Shown here piece after piece: positions 11,785 through 24,645 of a stretch of DNA of 49,417 nt. The stretch's first letter is position 1. Each line of letters begins with the position of its first letter. The notes below the pieces were generated by a model that saw only the letters and a list, made by a program, of their open reading frames with translations, was not told the origin of the DNA and ran no database searches. The position numbers were made by a program, and so were the translations under genes. The DNA is from Bigelowiella natans CCMP2755 (Eukaryota; Protista; Cercozoa): positions 1-49,417 of the forward strand of contig ADNK01000494.1 in NCBI GenBank assembly GCA_000320545.1. Reading direction: 5' to 3'.

Positions 11785-12272
11785 GAAACTCTCATAGAAT
11801 TCCACAGCCAAAACAATTTTCAGACAACTTGTAGTAACCAAATCTCACCTTACCACTACCTCTATGAGCGATCATTGACATCGATCAGATATCGTGCATT
11901 GTAAATGTCCATCACCAGTCACAAGCCCTGTCAAATTGTTTTTTAACAGTGCATACAAGATAGAAGGCGTTGTTGCAATGAATGTGCACGCGTATGTGTG
12001 TACACACACGTGTTGTGTTGTGTGTGTTGTGGACGCACCATGAGCTTAGAATAAGTAGCTCCATGCCATGCTAGCATGCGTGTTTCATAGCACAGGGGGA
12101 ACTTGTGGCACATTCTAGCATTGCGTCATCAGCATACAGAAACAGTGAGAATGCTCTGGGCAGCTAGTGCATCCTCTTGCAAACTTGTCCAGATAGCTAG
12201 CTACTAGGCTAGTAGGGCCATGCCATGCGCATGCATGCTATGGCATCATAGCATCATGCTAGCATGGCATTG

Positions 12273-12292
12273 CTAGCTAGCTAGCTAGCTAG
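12273..12292. repeat. (CTAG)5 microsatellite
   Basis: Direct reading. Similar (CTAG)n runs occur near 4475, 12374, 23079 and 44277. Confidence 0.9.
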
Positions 12293-12935
12293 ATTGTCCT
12301 GCTAGCCTGCCTTCGGTTTGCGCCACAGCTAGACAGCACATACGCGCAGGAAAATGCATAGCACTAGAGCAAGCTAGCTAGCTAGCAGCGCAACTAGTCT
12401 TGCATCGCATGGCAACATAGTAAGCAGGCAATAAGTCTAGACGAAGTGGATCGAGTGTGGCATCATCGCGGCCCTCTCCGCGAAGCTGTGCGCCATTCAG
12501 TGTGCACACCACGTCGCTGTCCAACATACTAACCACTCTCCACTAGACAAGACGTCCATGGGATCGAAACTATTTAGTTAGATGAGATCGACGGATCATG
12601 TACGCGTGCACACATACATACATACTAGAATGTGCGTTGCATTTGCCTCCCTGTTTTAGAGTACGTGTAGGTGATGGCAAACACAGCAATGATCAAGCAA
12701 TGCTCACCCTAATCTAAATTTATTAGTGAAGCTACTTTTTCGTTGGCATGCATAATGTGTCTCGTTCTGGCAATCATCGTTATTTATTACAATAAATTTT
12801 TGTTACTATCCTTATCATTGCTATTAGTATCGTTCGTGTCGTTCATATTACCTAGCTGCATAGCTTGCATTTGCTGTAATAGTGCTTCCTGCTGTAATTC
12901 GCTAGCGTTGACCACCTTCCGATTCATCATAAATA

Positions 12936-13755
12936 GAAGGGAATTCAAAGGAATGTGAGAGGATATCGAGAAGCTAAAAAAGGCGAATGTCCGGGGAAGG
13001 GGCTGCTTACTACCTCGTTGCCTATTGTATCCCACCACTTTCCAATTTCCTTCTGCAATAAATATCAAAAGGATATGATGAAAATTTAGAGTAACTATCC
13101 TTTGGTGGTACTTGTTTAAATAATAATTATTGCTCGCCACGCCATAGAAGCTTTCCATCTCATGCCACTCGCGTCACCACCTCATCACCTACTGCATGTT
13201 TTCAAGCGCTCGCTCTACACTATGGCATTGCCTTTGGCAGGTTCATTTGAAGGCAGTCGACAGAATTGTTTCGTGATATCTAACGACGAGGGGGGGGAAG
13301 AAGCAATGGGGAGGGGTTGGATGGGTAGCAAACACATATACTTTAGAGAATCAGCAATTTACTACTACGACCGCCACCAGTTGTCACTGACCGTCATCGT
13401 CGGTCATTTATTCTTCGTTGCATTGATTATTCATAGTGATTATTCATATTAAAGCCCACCTCCCATGTGGCTTCAGATGGAACGATGCAATTTTCGAGAT
13501 CCTTTAGTTATAGTAAGGACAAAGAATGTAAGAATTGAATGATCAATCTCTCCCTCCTCCTCCTTTCATCATGCCACTGTTGGTTGGTACGTGCGTACCT
13601 CAAATGTAAAGATTGTTTGGGAGTGGTACATAGCGGTGATATTCTTCTCTCCAAACGAGACGTCGATCTGCCCTCCTCTTTAAATTGTAGGAGTAGTCGG
13701 TAGTAGTAGTAGTAGTAGTAGGAGCAGCAAAGCTGAATCAATTCATTGTTACACA

Positions 13756-13822
<67 letters not shown>

Positions 13823-14906
13823 CATGTATACATGTATACACCAAGAGCGGTTGCTGCAGGGGCTTAATACAAACAGATTAGCATTGTGCTACTACTGTAT
13901 GATGATATATACTACTGGTACTACTACTACTACTACTACTACTACTACCGTATGTCGTCAGTGAGAGGCTGAGAAATCATAACCTAGGGGCACAACAGAA
14001 CCCGCATCATCGTCAGCAATCCTGTCAGTCCCACCTTCTAAACAAGCTCTTTTTTCGCCCTTGACCCACGGCTGCTTTCTCCCAACATGCGCTCATAAAT
14101 GTATTCTTTCCCTCGGCTCGCACTCATCTTCACCATGACGATTATCACTACCGCAATCGCATAATACCGATGTAATCACCGTCATCATCATCATCATATC
14201 ATAATACATGATCGTCCTCCTGCCCCCATGCAAATTGTCCAGGAAGCACATATGTCTTCTCGAGCAGCGTCCACCTGCTCGTGCAATGGGCGATTGATTC
14301 ATACAGCAGCAACACTTTGTCAAAATGACGACACCATCAGTGTGTTTTTGTACATTGATTGTCTGAGTTTCCATTCGGTATAAATGCGATGAGGCTGTAT
14401 CAGATGCAGCGACAAAGAATTTCACTACTGCACATAGAATACCTCTTGCTATAGTCGATCCAAACACCATCTCAACAACACAAGATCTTAATCACCAATT
14501 CTTCCATCTACCGACAACATATACTACCTTTCAGGGAACATCTTATCAGCATGTATAGACAACACCTTCCTGTCCTCCTCTCTGTAAAGGTAAGTGTATA
14601 TGCATGATTGGATGATGAACACAACGGATAAGCGCCTTTAATGTGTTGTTGTGATTATTTTCCGTGCTGTTATGGATATGCTCATTGGCGGAAGCAACAA
14701 GCTCTGTGTGGTGTAGTACATGGTGAGTGTCCACGTCGCCATATCCGCCTCTATTGCCTTGATGAGGTTGAATTCGATTTCCCTACGACGAAGACAATAA
14801 CGACGATGACGACGATGACGACGACGACGACGTGATTGGCACCGAACAGAATGTACACAAGAGATCAGGGACAACACCAGCAGAAGCAACACACACACAC
14901 ACACAA

Positions 14907-14953
<47 letters not shown>

Positions 14954-15332
14954 GTCATCTTCCTCCTCCCCCCAATCTCGTTTATGATGCCTCATATCAT
15001 TTTCTCCCTTCCCAACACCAATGCACATACTACAAACGCTTATGGCTCATGCTCTACAACATCGCCGCAGATACCGTGTCCTGTTCGGGTTTGTCCGGAT
15101 GTACGCGGATATTTGCGTTGGGGTGAATAGGACAGTACAATCTCTGGTGTGGGGGGGGGAGGAGGAGGAGCAGGGGACTTTTTATCGATAATTGAGATGT
15201 TGTCTACATGCAGGCACTGATGAAAGGAGGAGAAACGAGTGTGCGGCTTTCTATGACCTTGATTTCGTGTTTGATGAGACGTTGAAGTAGATCTCAATGT
15301 CACCTTCTGTCTGCCGCCATCTAAATATAATT

Positions 15333-15380
<48 letters not shown>

Positions 15381-15554
15381 GGAGGGGAGAAGCAGGCGGA
15401 AATCCCAAAAATTACAAATCAATCTCCTTCCTCCCTCTGCCCCTCCTCTCCCGCATGGCTCTACTTCGTATTCTACCAGGAAACAAAACACCCTACTGTT
15501 GGCGGCGCGAAAGCAGCAAAAAAATGTAGCGGGAAGGAGAAACGCAGAATTCTA
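12936..15554 (+). CDS. Hypothetical spliced protein, possible IQ motif
   Basis: Several AG..GT-bounded exon candidates lie between microsatellite tracts: KGIQRNVRGYREAKK (IQ-like), YRVLFGFVRMYADICVG, ALMKGGETSVRLSMTLIS and KQNTLLLAARKQQKNVAGRRNAEF*. A full model could not be assembled, and boundaries are approximate. Confidence 0.35.
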
Positions 15555-15914
15555 ACTTTATTTTTATTTTTTTAAAATAAAATCAACGATGCCACATCAT
15601 ATTCCCACAGTGCGAGATTTTTATCAAAAGAAAGTCGTCATGGTAGTGGTTGTTGTTGTTTTCGGCGTCTGTGCTTTTGGCTTTCTACCCGAAGTCTTCG
15701 CACGATTGCATCTGCTGCTCTTCTTGTGGACTCGATGGCTGATGAATAGGGGAGAAGAAGAAGAAGGAGAAGGAGAAGAAGAAGAAGAAGAGACGATATC
15801 AGTTATTGTGTATTAGAAATAGCCTTTCTCTCGAAGAAGACAAATACCACCATCATCAATGCACCAACTAGACAACAGAAAAACCGTCATATTGCATTCT
15901 CGCAGCAGCCCTTA

Positions 15915-16711
15915 CTACCAGAAAGAATACCATCTTTCCCCCACCTCTAAAGCTATACTGACCCTTCCATGATTTCCCCCGCCAACGTGTATCTTCTTAA
16001 TCCCTTGCTTCTCGCACATCTTTGAAAACTTATCATTCTCTTGAATCAGCTCAAAATTCCGTTTCAGTGCGTCCTTGCGAAAGGGTGAATTGGACACTAT
16101 ATCCCTGTGGGAGAAGCAGTAGTGCAATCTTCATCATCATCATCATCATCATCATCATGAATATCATCATAAACGGTAAAGCAATGGGTAGTAGAATCAG
16201 TATCAATTCAGCGGTGGAACGGAGATATCTTCCCGAACCGCCTTCCTTTTCCTTCTTCTTCCAAGCAATAAACAAGACGATGGTGGCCATTTTGGCGATG
16301 ACAGAACCGAAAAAACATCGTGACTACAACGTCCACTAGGTATGGTAGTGATGGGTGAAATGACCGCAGGGTGAAATCCAAGTGCCTTTGCGTTGAGTTG
16401 TTCGAAAGCAAATCCTCTGAGTGTGAGTTTCGTGCTATGTACACGTCTCCGTGCAGGGGCTCCTGTGTGGTGCGACATAAGTTCTTCAAATTCAACATGC
16501 GAATACGTGTATATATGGATATGAAGAGCTGGATCGTGTTCCCCCATATGTTTGTTATGATGGTGGTTAGTGGTGTTAATGATCTTCGCTACATCTCCTC
16601 CTTTCGCGATTTCTTTCAGGAGCTGCATTGCCCTGCGGTTTATCTACCAGCACAGCAGCAGAAGCAGCCAGTAACAATTATTCAGATAATATTAACAATT
16701 ATAGTATATGA

Positions 16712-16744
<33 letters not shown>

Positions 16745-16852
16745 GCCACAGTGTAGTCGTTGTTGTTGTTGTTGTTGTTGTTGCTGTCGCATGCTCTGGT
16801 ATTTGGTGCTGTAAGCACGAATATGAGAACCTATCTGGACAACCTGGCCATC

Positions 16853-16884
<32 letters not shown>

Positions 16885-17876
16885 TATTACCCCCCCCCCC
16901 ACCCTCTTTCTCTGCAAATCATCGGTTTCTTCTCACGGGGAGATTCTTGAGCGTGCCCGCTTCATCAAGGTACAAAACCACAGCTAATAATGATGATAAA
17001 TCATACCAAGAAATGAATAGTAGGAATATGATATCAGATATTCTGGCTTGCTGTTACTATCTACTTGCAGCTGGATCAGACATCAATTATATTCTGCAAT
17101 TGTTTCTACTACAACAACATCAACAACAACTACTACTCCTCCTCCTCCTCCTACTACTACTACCTCGGTTATCTTTTCCTTCTTGGGGGGGCGATAACGT
17201 TATAGTCTCATATCTGAGGAGGAAGGAAGGAATGGGTTAGAATGCAGCACCAATCAAGGCCATGAAGAATAGAAACAGAAGAAAGATGCTGCTGTTGTTG
17301 CTGTTCTGGTTGCTAACTGCCGCAGTACAAGTAGATGGGAAGATGATTGTCAATAATTGTGAGATAGATATTGATACTACTCTTCTCTTCCTTCTCTCTT
17401 AGTCATCAGTACCCTCCTCCCTCGAACATGGAGCTCATTTCGCTGATGCCACGACCGAAGTTCCCACTCCAAGCCTGCAAACACACCAGCGAATCAGAGG
17501 AGGAGGAGGAGGAGGAGCGAGCGTGGAAACAGTATTCTTCTTTGAGTTACTATTCACCATTTCGAGCATCGCTGGATCCACTTTCCGTCGGTCAACGAAC
17601 CTGTTTTTGATTGATTGTTGGTGGTTTTCAGCAGGGTTGTGAGGAAGAAGAAGAGCTCAAATATCACGAAACAAGAGGAATCGTATACACACACACACAC
17701 ACACACACACACCACACACACATATACACACACACGTACACACGCAAGTGTTGCTTTACGTATAATTATTCTCCTCCTGCTCCTCACTCCCCCTTCTCCT
17801 CTCCACGCCATTGCTAGTCACCATGATAACCACTACTACTACAACAACTACTACTACAACAACTACTACAACAACA

Positions 17877-17908
<32 letters not shown>

Positions 17909-18163
17909 CGGAGGTATTGTAATAAGAAGTCGTTGGCAGGAGAGAATCCTGCTGGCACTTCAACCTCGATTTCACGTACTTGTTCCTACAAGTGGTGGTG
18001 AATCACAAACGCTGCTGAATGATTGACCACAGAATCAACCGAGTCAAAGAGGTGCTTCGGCAGATTCAACGGATACGCTGCTGCTTATTGGTATTGTGTA
18101 TAGACATGCGAAGACTGCCTCTCGTTGTGATTCTTGAAAAGGTTTATCGTATTAAAGAGTTGT

Positions 18164-18196
<33 letters not shown>

Positions 18197-18322
18197 CAGT
18201 GGGAGTTGTTTTGATACCAGAGAATCAGCGGGGATCTTTACACACTTGAAAACGTATGATGGGTACTTGAGGCCGTCAGGTTCGCTCTCTACTTCTTCTT
18301 CTTCCCTGCTATTTATTGCCAT
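15915..18322 (-). CDS. Conserved-looking hypothetical protein, spliced
   Basis: Phase-compatible exons: MAINSREEEEVESEPDGLKYPSYVFKCVKIPADSL / EQVREIEVEVPAGFSPANDFLLQYLR / KFVDRRKVDPAMLEM / AWSGNFGRGISEMSSMFEGGG / ...VVLYLDEAGTLKNLP / INRRAMQLLKEIAKGGD / EPLHGDVYIARNSHSEDLLSNNSTQRHLDFTLR / DIVSNSPFRKDALKRNFEL.... At least one internal exon is unresolved. Confidence 0.7.
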
Positions 18323-18464
18323 TGACCATCATCACTAATCTATCGTGACCCTCAGCAGCAGCAGCAACAACAACAACAACATAAAACGCCCCAAACAGCG
18401 TCTCATTCGAATCAATTACCCTCGTTTTCGTTTCTCTTCCTTCATCCAGTTATTAAAGGTCTAG

Positions 18465-21230
18465 ATGAACAACAAGAAGTTTCAAGTTGTATTGAATACA
18501 GACGATTTTTGCGGTTCGGCCTCTTACAGAACTTTGAGAATTACCTGTCTTTCATACTCTTTACTATTCTCAACCATAGCCTAAGGAGTGATTGCGTTTT
18601 GGATCAAATTATTACAGCGTGGAAAAAAGGAAAGAGACATCAAAGGCGATCCTCATTTATCGTGGCATCATCGAACTTGAACCCTCCGAATGGATGGAAT
18701 GCGTGATGATAACATGTACGGGATTTAGAAATACATACTACATCTACATATTTTCAGTAGGGCATATACCCTTTGGGCTTCATGAACTTCGTCTCTACGA
18801 TGTTTCTCAAGCGAACTCTGTTCGAAACAGGCGCAAACGAGCGATTAATATAATAATAAATAATACATTTCTGGCATTCTGAGCGATGTCCCATCCATTA
18901 TCATCACACTTTCCACCGCAATTCTTCAGTAGACATTCCGTCAAAAATAAAAATCGCTTCTATCGGACTCTCAGAAAAGAAATATGACGAAGAAGGCCAA
19001 TATTATGACACGCAGTTATGAATAATGACCACACCCCCATCCAATCTACCAGGTTTTCCTCTGGTTTCGGGGCAAGCTGTTTGCCTTTTACGCGGTTGTG
19101 CAGAGTCCACCTTTTGATGCATACAAACGACGACACCAGGTTTGCATTTCAGCTAGGAATTGAATGAGTTCTAGAGTTCTAATCGACATTGTTTGAGAAT
19201 CCTTCTGCGACACGGTTACGTTGTGCTCTTTCAGAATGCCTGCGGGAAATATCATACTATTAGTCTCCAGCGTTATGTTTGGCTTTGAGGGTTATTATTT
19301 TATGTTTAAAGTGAACTATAAATAAACGACTTCTAAGCTCTTCTGGACTCCCTATTAGCCCCCTATTTCCAAGGGCTGCTCGCACGGCATCCTATATGAA
19401 ACATCATAGAAGTAATTGCATCTCATGGTAACACCACTCTCGATTCACTCATCAAATTTGACATCAAATTGACTAGTTCTCACGTGCAATGACAAAAAGC
19501 ATACTGACGTGGAACGATAGCGTGCAGACCGAAGAGGTCAGCAACACATTTCGCTACATGCTGAAGCGCGCACAAACCCGATTTCGCATAAGGTTCAACT
19601 GAAGCTCCTCGGACATAACGTCGTCCTTATCAAGTACACTTGTTCCACCACTGAGGCGAGTTATATCCATCCTTTTTGCTAAGAAGTCTTCTCTCGACTT
19701 TTTGCTGTGGCAGACACGTTGTCTGTGCTCTGACGGCAACGACGAAGACAATGTTGTGGAAATTCCTCCTGCTGTCGGACTGGGACGGTGCGTCATCAAC
19801 GACAACACAGTAAACACGACTAGAAAGATTTTCTGACACGTTCCAGTCTTCGTACATGGATGGGAATTCATCAAGAGAGGGGAGGTTCGGATCACCCCGC
19901 CGCCCTTCATCGTTGGTCCCAGCCGAGATTTGAAACTCGGGGAGATTCCAGGAGATCATTAGAAATTTTGACCCGATAAATTTGGATATAATTTTGGAAG
20001 GCATTATTATTTTGTATGTTCGAGTACGGTACTTCAACATTGCTACTCTACATGGGGTACTTGAATGTAGTTCTTTTTGGTTCTTTCTTTTAGTTGTTTT
20101 TTGCTTTCGCGCGCACTGTCTGCGCTGCAAACAGGTGCCTAATGTTCATTGATGTCATCAGAGTAGCTGATATCTTGCAAAATCCACGGGAAATCCTTAA
20201 ATCAGAACGAAGCAAAAAGTCAGAAAATGCTGGTACGAGTACTCACCTTGTTTCAGAAGGAAAGGAAGTTTTCCTTGGAGAGCTTAGACAAGCTGGTATT
20301 TTTTGTCGTCAAAGGTAGGATAACTGGCAAGCGGCGGGATCTCATCCACTTTCTAACCCATCGCATATACTTTTTCGGTGAAACACTCTGTGAATGAGGA
20401 AGGGCGACTGTCGGTAGATGTGCATCTTTTGAATGTTGGAGATGTAAGACTTCCAATCTTCGATCCCGGATCTTAGGAAGTTTTCGGATGATTAGATGAT
20501 AATTTAACATCGCGACAAATGCATTGACAAATTTCTGAGCGAGATTGAACAACATTATTCAGAATCAATTGTGAAGAAGGTAGTCAGTATCGGGAGGGGG
20601 TTTCCTTTAAATTTTCTTCCTTTCATCGATGCAGATTCACACACCTCCTTCAAACTCTGCTTTTCCTTCCATTTCAACCACCTTAGGTTGTACTGAAGAG
20701 CTGGCTTCCTGAGATGGCGCTTGGTAATCTGAACAGAGCAAGCTCATGCATGAGTGCACACGTACCACTCGAAATACAAAGGTCTGGATCGAAAAGGATG
20801 GGGACGGTATTGTCGAAGGGACAAAATACAGTGCATTTGTGAATAGACACGGCCGACAGTGGGCAGGGGAGAGCTTACATATTCGAACGAAAGCTCCAGC
20901 CCCACGTGTAAGCCTGAAAGCTGCCTTGGAGGTCTTTCCATTCCACCTCCCTTGCAGGCCCTCAGAACGTGGGTTCCTCGATCTGCTATGGATTTGAGTA
21001 TTTCAGAAAAACGTAATATTGACGCTGTTTAATTGTTTATCCTTTCGATCCATTTTCCGCATGGTCAACGTAACCTTTTTGAATTTCTTGGGCTGCGGGG
21101 GTCTTGGTTGCTATTTTTTGTTCGTGTTCAATGAGGAAAGATGACTTAGTTCGTATCTACTTTTGTTATCCATTCCCTATTACTGCTGAAACTCTTGAGA
21201 TTATTAATTATGATTATGACTTTTTGATCA
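18465..21230 (+). CDS. Probable upstream exons of a spliced gene, possibly continuous with the SAM-domain exon
   Basis: Microsatellite-free, coding-like sequence with candidate short introns (e.g. ...KSENA|gtacga...tttcag|EGKEVFLGELRQAGIFCRQR). An acceptor TTTTGATCAG lies directly before the SAM ORF. No family recognised. Confidence 0.3.
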
Positions 21231-21242
21231 GGTTCAAGAAAT

Positions 21243-22094
21243 ATGTTAGAGTCTCCTCTGGCCAAGCGTCTTAGCGCTCTCCATCTCCGAAATATTGAAG
21301 AGAACCAAATGAGTATCGAACGATCGCAAGCATCAATGAAATGCAAAAGAAGTAACAATATGAGGCGTTCTCCATCGATGAATCCAATTTTGAGTCAGGA
21401 TCTCGCCAAGATTAGCTGGAACATTGAAAATCCTCCTATAAATTCGCCGCAGAAGAATTCTGTCTCAGTTCCTTTACTACAGCTTCCAGACTCAAGTCCA
21501 CGTTCAAATCGACAAACTTTCCAACCGAAGGCAAGTTCACATGACTCAATACCTACTCAGCGTTACGAATTCAAAAGTCCGAAGAGTCCTAGTGCATTGT
21601 CTCCATTCTTATCTCCTCCCCATGCACCAAGGTCGAAACGGCAAGGCGAACAAATCGGCACTTCTGAGCAATTGCGATCGCTCCGTGTCTCAATCCCACG
21701 ACCTTTCAAAATTTATGATGATTCCTTCCAAGTGAGACGTCGGAGACCTGTCAAGCATCCTCTCTCACCGATGGCATTTACACCTGTGAGGTGTTCTCGA
21801 TCCCGTGGGATGTCTAGAAATAGAAGTCGTCCCCTTCATCTTTGGAAAACGCGCCATGTTGCACGATGGGCACAACGGATAGCTCCGGAGTCCGTTACGA
21901 TGGTCCTGGAAAAGAAACTAGACGGCGAAGGGCTTCTACGTGTAGAAACGGAAAAGGATTTGCTGGGTCTTGGATGGTCAGAAGAGTCAAAGCTGAGCAT
22001 TTTGCTAAGAGACATTCAGAACCTTCAAACTGATGATATACTTTGGCACATCAATAATCTAAAGCATGATTCAAAGCTCATCAATCAGCGCTAG
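21243..22094 (+). CDS. SAM (sterile alpha motif) domain protein with Ser/Pro-rich disordered N-terminal part
   Basis: 283-aa uninterrupted ORF. The C-terminal LHLWKTRHVARWAQRIAPESVTMVLEKKLDGEGLLRVETEKDLLGLGW..KLSILLRDIQNL fits the SAM pattern (W....V..W ... IDG..LL...EDL..LG). May be the last exon of a longer gene. Confidence 0.8.
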   Translation: MLESPLAKRLSALHLRNIEENQMSIERSQASMKCKRSNNMRRSPSMNPILSQDLAKISWNIENPPINSPQKNSVSVPLLQLPDSSPRSNRQTFQPKASSHDSIPTQRYEFKSPKSPSALSPFLSPPHAPRSKRQGEQIGTSEQLRSLRVSIPRPFKIYDDSFQVRRRRPVKHPLSPMAFTPVRCSRSRGMSRNRSRPLHLWKTRHVARWAQRIAPESVTMVLEKKLDGEGLLRVETEKDLLGLGWSEESKLSILLRDIQNLQTDDILWHINNLKHDSKLINQR

Positions 22095-23457
22095 CTTGCT
22101 TTTATTGATCAATAGCTAGGAAGAATCTTTGCACTGAATTGTCAGTTTTAAGTAACTTTGATGAGATGGTGAAGAAAGATCTTCAAATGATCAATTCTCA
22201 AGCGTTGAACGCTCTTCGTCTGTCTACATAATAATTAATTATTTCTTATTCGTGTGGAACGCCGAATTAATAACTGCATTCAGTAACTGGTATTTGGTTT
22301 GCCGTCCCGCAGCATCTAGTGTCAGGGAATGAGAATATTGACGTAGGAATTTTATTTTTCATAGATTAATTTTCAAAAAATTCTTCCATTCAGAGGAGGT
22401 AGATTAATTACAACCTTAATACGTAACTCCTAAACCCAGAAAGAGATGTAACATGCAGACTAGATTTGTTACCATGATCAGCCAAATTATAAACCATATG
22501 ATACAATGATGAAAAAGATGTAAATTAGAATAAATTCTTCCTAGAAAATACAACAGTTGTTTTTTACTTCCATTGCATTGTAGCCTTGAGTAAAACTATC
22601 TTATCTCTAATTGTGTGGCCTGGAATTCGATCGGTTCTAGGTTGCCAAATTGCATGTTTTTTCTCATTGTATGCATCACTCTGCGACGAAACGATTTAAC
22701 GGGGCTAATGTTAACTCCACTAATATCATTCATTTTTTCTTCTGCAACAACTATTTTAAGCTGCGCTATCACTCTGACGTATGCGCCCGCATCACTAGAT
22801 CAGCACGCAACACTCAGATGACGCTCTGTCCACTATTGCATGACAACTCATCCATTGTGGACATGCGCCCATCGGCGGTGTGCTGTGTGCATTGTTCTCA
22901 TTCGTGCACATTTGTCTCCATGCGACTAGTGCATGTACATGCATGCAACACGTACAGCGCACATTCAGCCGCACATCATGCTCCTATCTAGCTAGTCAGC
23001 TAGTTTAGTAATGCTTGCGAAAGTGCCATCATGCACAATGCACACATGTGCCTTCATGAGCTGCACATGCGCAAGACTCTAGCTAGCTAGCTGGCATGCC
23101 ACACAGCCAGCAAATGAGGTTTGGAGAAACACCGAATTGCATCCTGCAGAACGACTGTCATTCAGTCATTGAAACACTTCAATTGTGTGGAGCAGATCAA
23201 AGGTGGATCACCTTGCATGCAAGTGAATCACTCAAGCGATCACCATTGGCAATGCCAGAATGATGGCACCTTTTCACCACACAATTCAGCCAAACTTCCA
23301 ACTCGCCATGATGGATGCTCATTTGCCAGAAACATCTGCCCGAGTGTCCTCAATCAAAGCTAGGCATCTGTCACGAATGGCAGTGACAGCCGTCGCAGCG
23401 TCTGGAAGGCTTGTGAACAATTGATCATGTCATGGAATTCCAGAATTGCTTCTTTCT

Positions 23458-24420
23458 CAAGGGGGTTTCACTCCCACGGGTTTTGGTCCGTGTCATGCTC
23501 GGCGGTTTTGCCCCGGCGTCAGCCGGGAAAATTTTTTCGATTTCACCCAAAAAAATGCAAATTTTGTTCAAATTCCTCAATGTTTTCTTCAAAAACCATC
23601 CACAAAGTGTCCAGTGAAATTGCCCAAGATGCACATTGGCGGAACTCTTGGCATCGAGTCACTGGGATGTCTCAGATGTGCCCAACCCACTTCCCTGGCG
23701 CATGCAGATTTGATCAATGCTTTGTTCATCGTTCATTGTTCATCATTCCCGCCCTTCCCATCGATGTGTGCACCAGCGTGTGTGACTGATCACGTGCGCA
23801 GCGTCGATCATCCAGTCGTGCGCGACGTCGCGACGTGTCTAGCTTCAATTTGATGATCAAGTGACAAGTGTGCATCAGAGTGGGAAGCTGTGAGTGCTTG
23901 CGTGCGCGCGCGCTGGGCACGCACAAAGTGTGCCAGTCTGGCAGTGTGCGCCATCGTGCCCACACGTCTTGCTCGTGCGTCCAATCCCAAGCAGCTCTGG
24001 AGCTGCGCGTCGCGCATCACATCCAGCTTCATTGATTGCCGCATCGGCACCGTGCAGGCCGCTAGGAGCCACACATCGAAAACTCACCTGAGTCAAAACC
24101 ACAAAAAAAAAGCACCTTTTTGGCGCGGAAACGTTCAATTTTGCGAATTTTGGAGTGGAACTTCTGGAGGTGATGGAGTTGCTGTTGACACGTCCTCTGA
24201 GCATGTTTTTTTGAGCCAACACGCAAAGTGGACCCTTTCCGCGGCACCCAAAGTTTTTGCCCTCGATTTTTTTCCTTGAAAATCCACTTTTTTGCACCCC
24301 TTTCTGGACAATTCTGGACCTTCTCACACGTCCAGAAGTCTTCTGTGGTGCTTCGGAAGAAGTTTGGAGTGGATTCCGAGCATGACACGGACCAAAACCC
24401 GTGGGAGTGAACCCCCCTTG
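23458..24420. mobile_element. Non-autonomous DNA transposon (MITE-like, 963 bp), P-element- or hAT-type
   Basis: 45-bp TIRs: CAAGGGGGTTTCACTCCCACGGGTTTTGGTCCGTGTCATGCTCGG (23458-23502) and its inverse (24376-24420), one mismatch. Exact 8-bp TSD TTCTTTCT at 23450-23457 and 24421-24428. No transposase ORF. An 8-bp TSD is typical of P and hAT superfamilies, and CAAGG fits the CANRG P-type terminus. Confidence 0.92.
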
Positions 24421-24611
24421 TTCTTTCTCTGTCTCATTTCACGAAGACAAAGTGAGCTTGGGAGCCATCGGGAAACCGAAAGTCATTTGGACAGGCTAGA
24501 AACTGTCTAGGCCGGGAGAATGAGAGGGGGAAGAAGATGGAGAAGAAGAAGAAGAAGAGGAAGAAGAAGGGGAAGTGTTCACAGTTTCTCCTCAGCGTTG
24601 GGACGCTGGCG

Positions 24612-24645
24612 TCACGCCTGCGGACCTCACGCCTGCGGACCTCAC
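24612..24645. repeat. 15-bp tandem repeat TCACGCCTGCGGACC x2.3
   Basis: Direct reading: 24612-24626, 24627-24641 and a partial third copy. Confidence 0.85.

Noticed and set aside
19554-20941. Minus-strand ORFs as a gene
   Set aside because: No consistent spliced frame or motif. Plus-strand splice signals look somewhat better, but neither strand is resolved.
23421-24510. Many overlapping ORFs on both strands (possible transposase)
   Set aside because: Long frames arise because TAA/TAG stops are absent in TpA-free DNA. The peptides lack Tyr, are C/H-rich and show no DDE motif.
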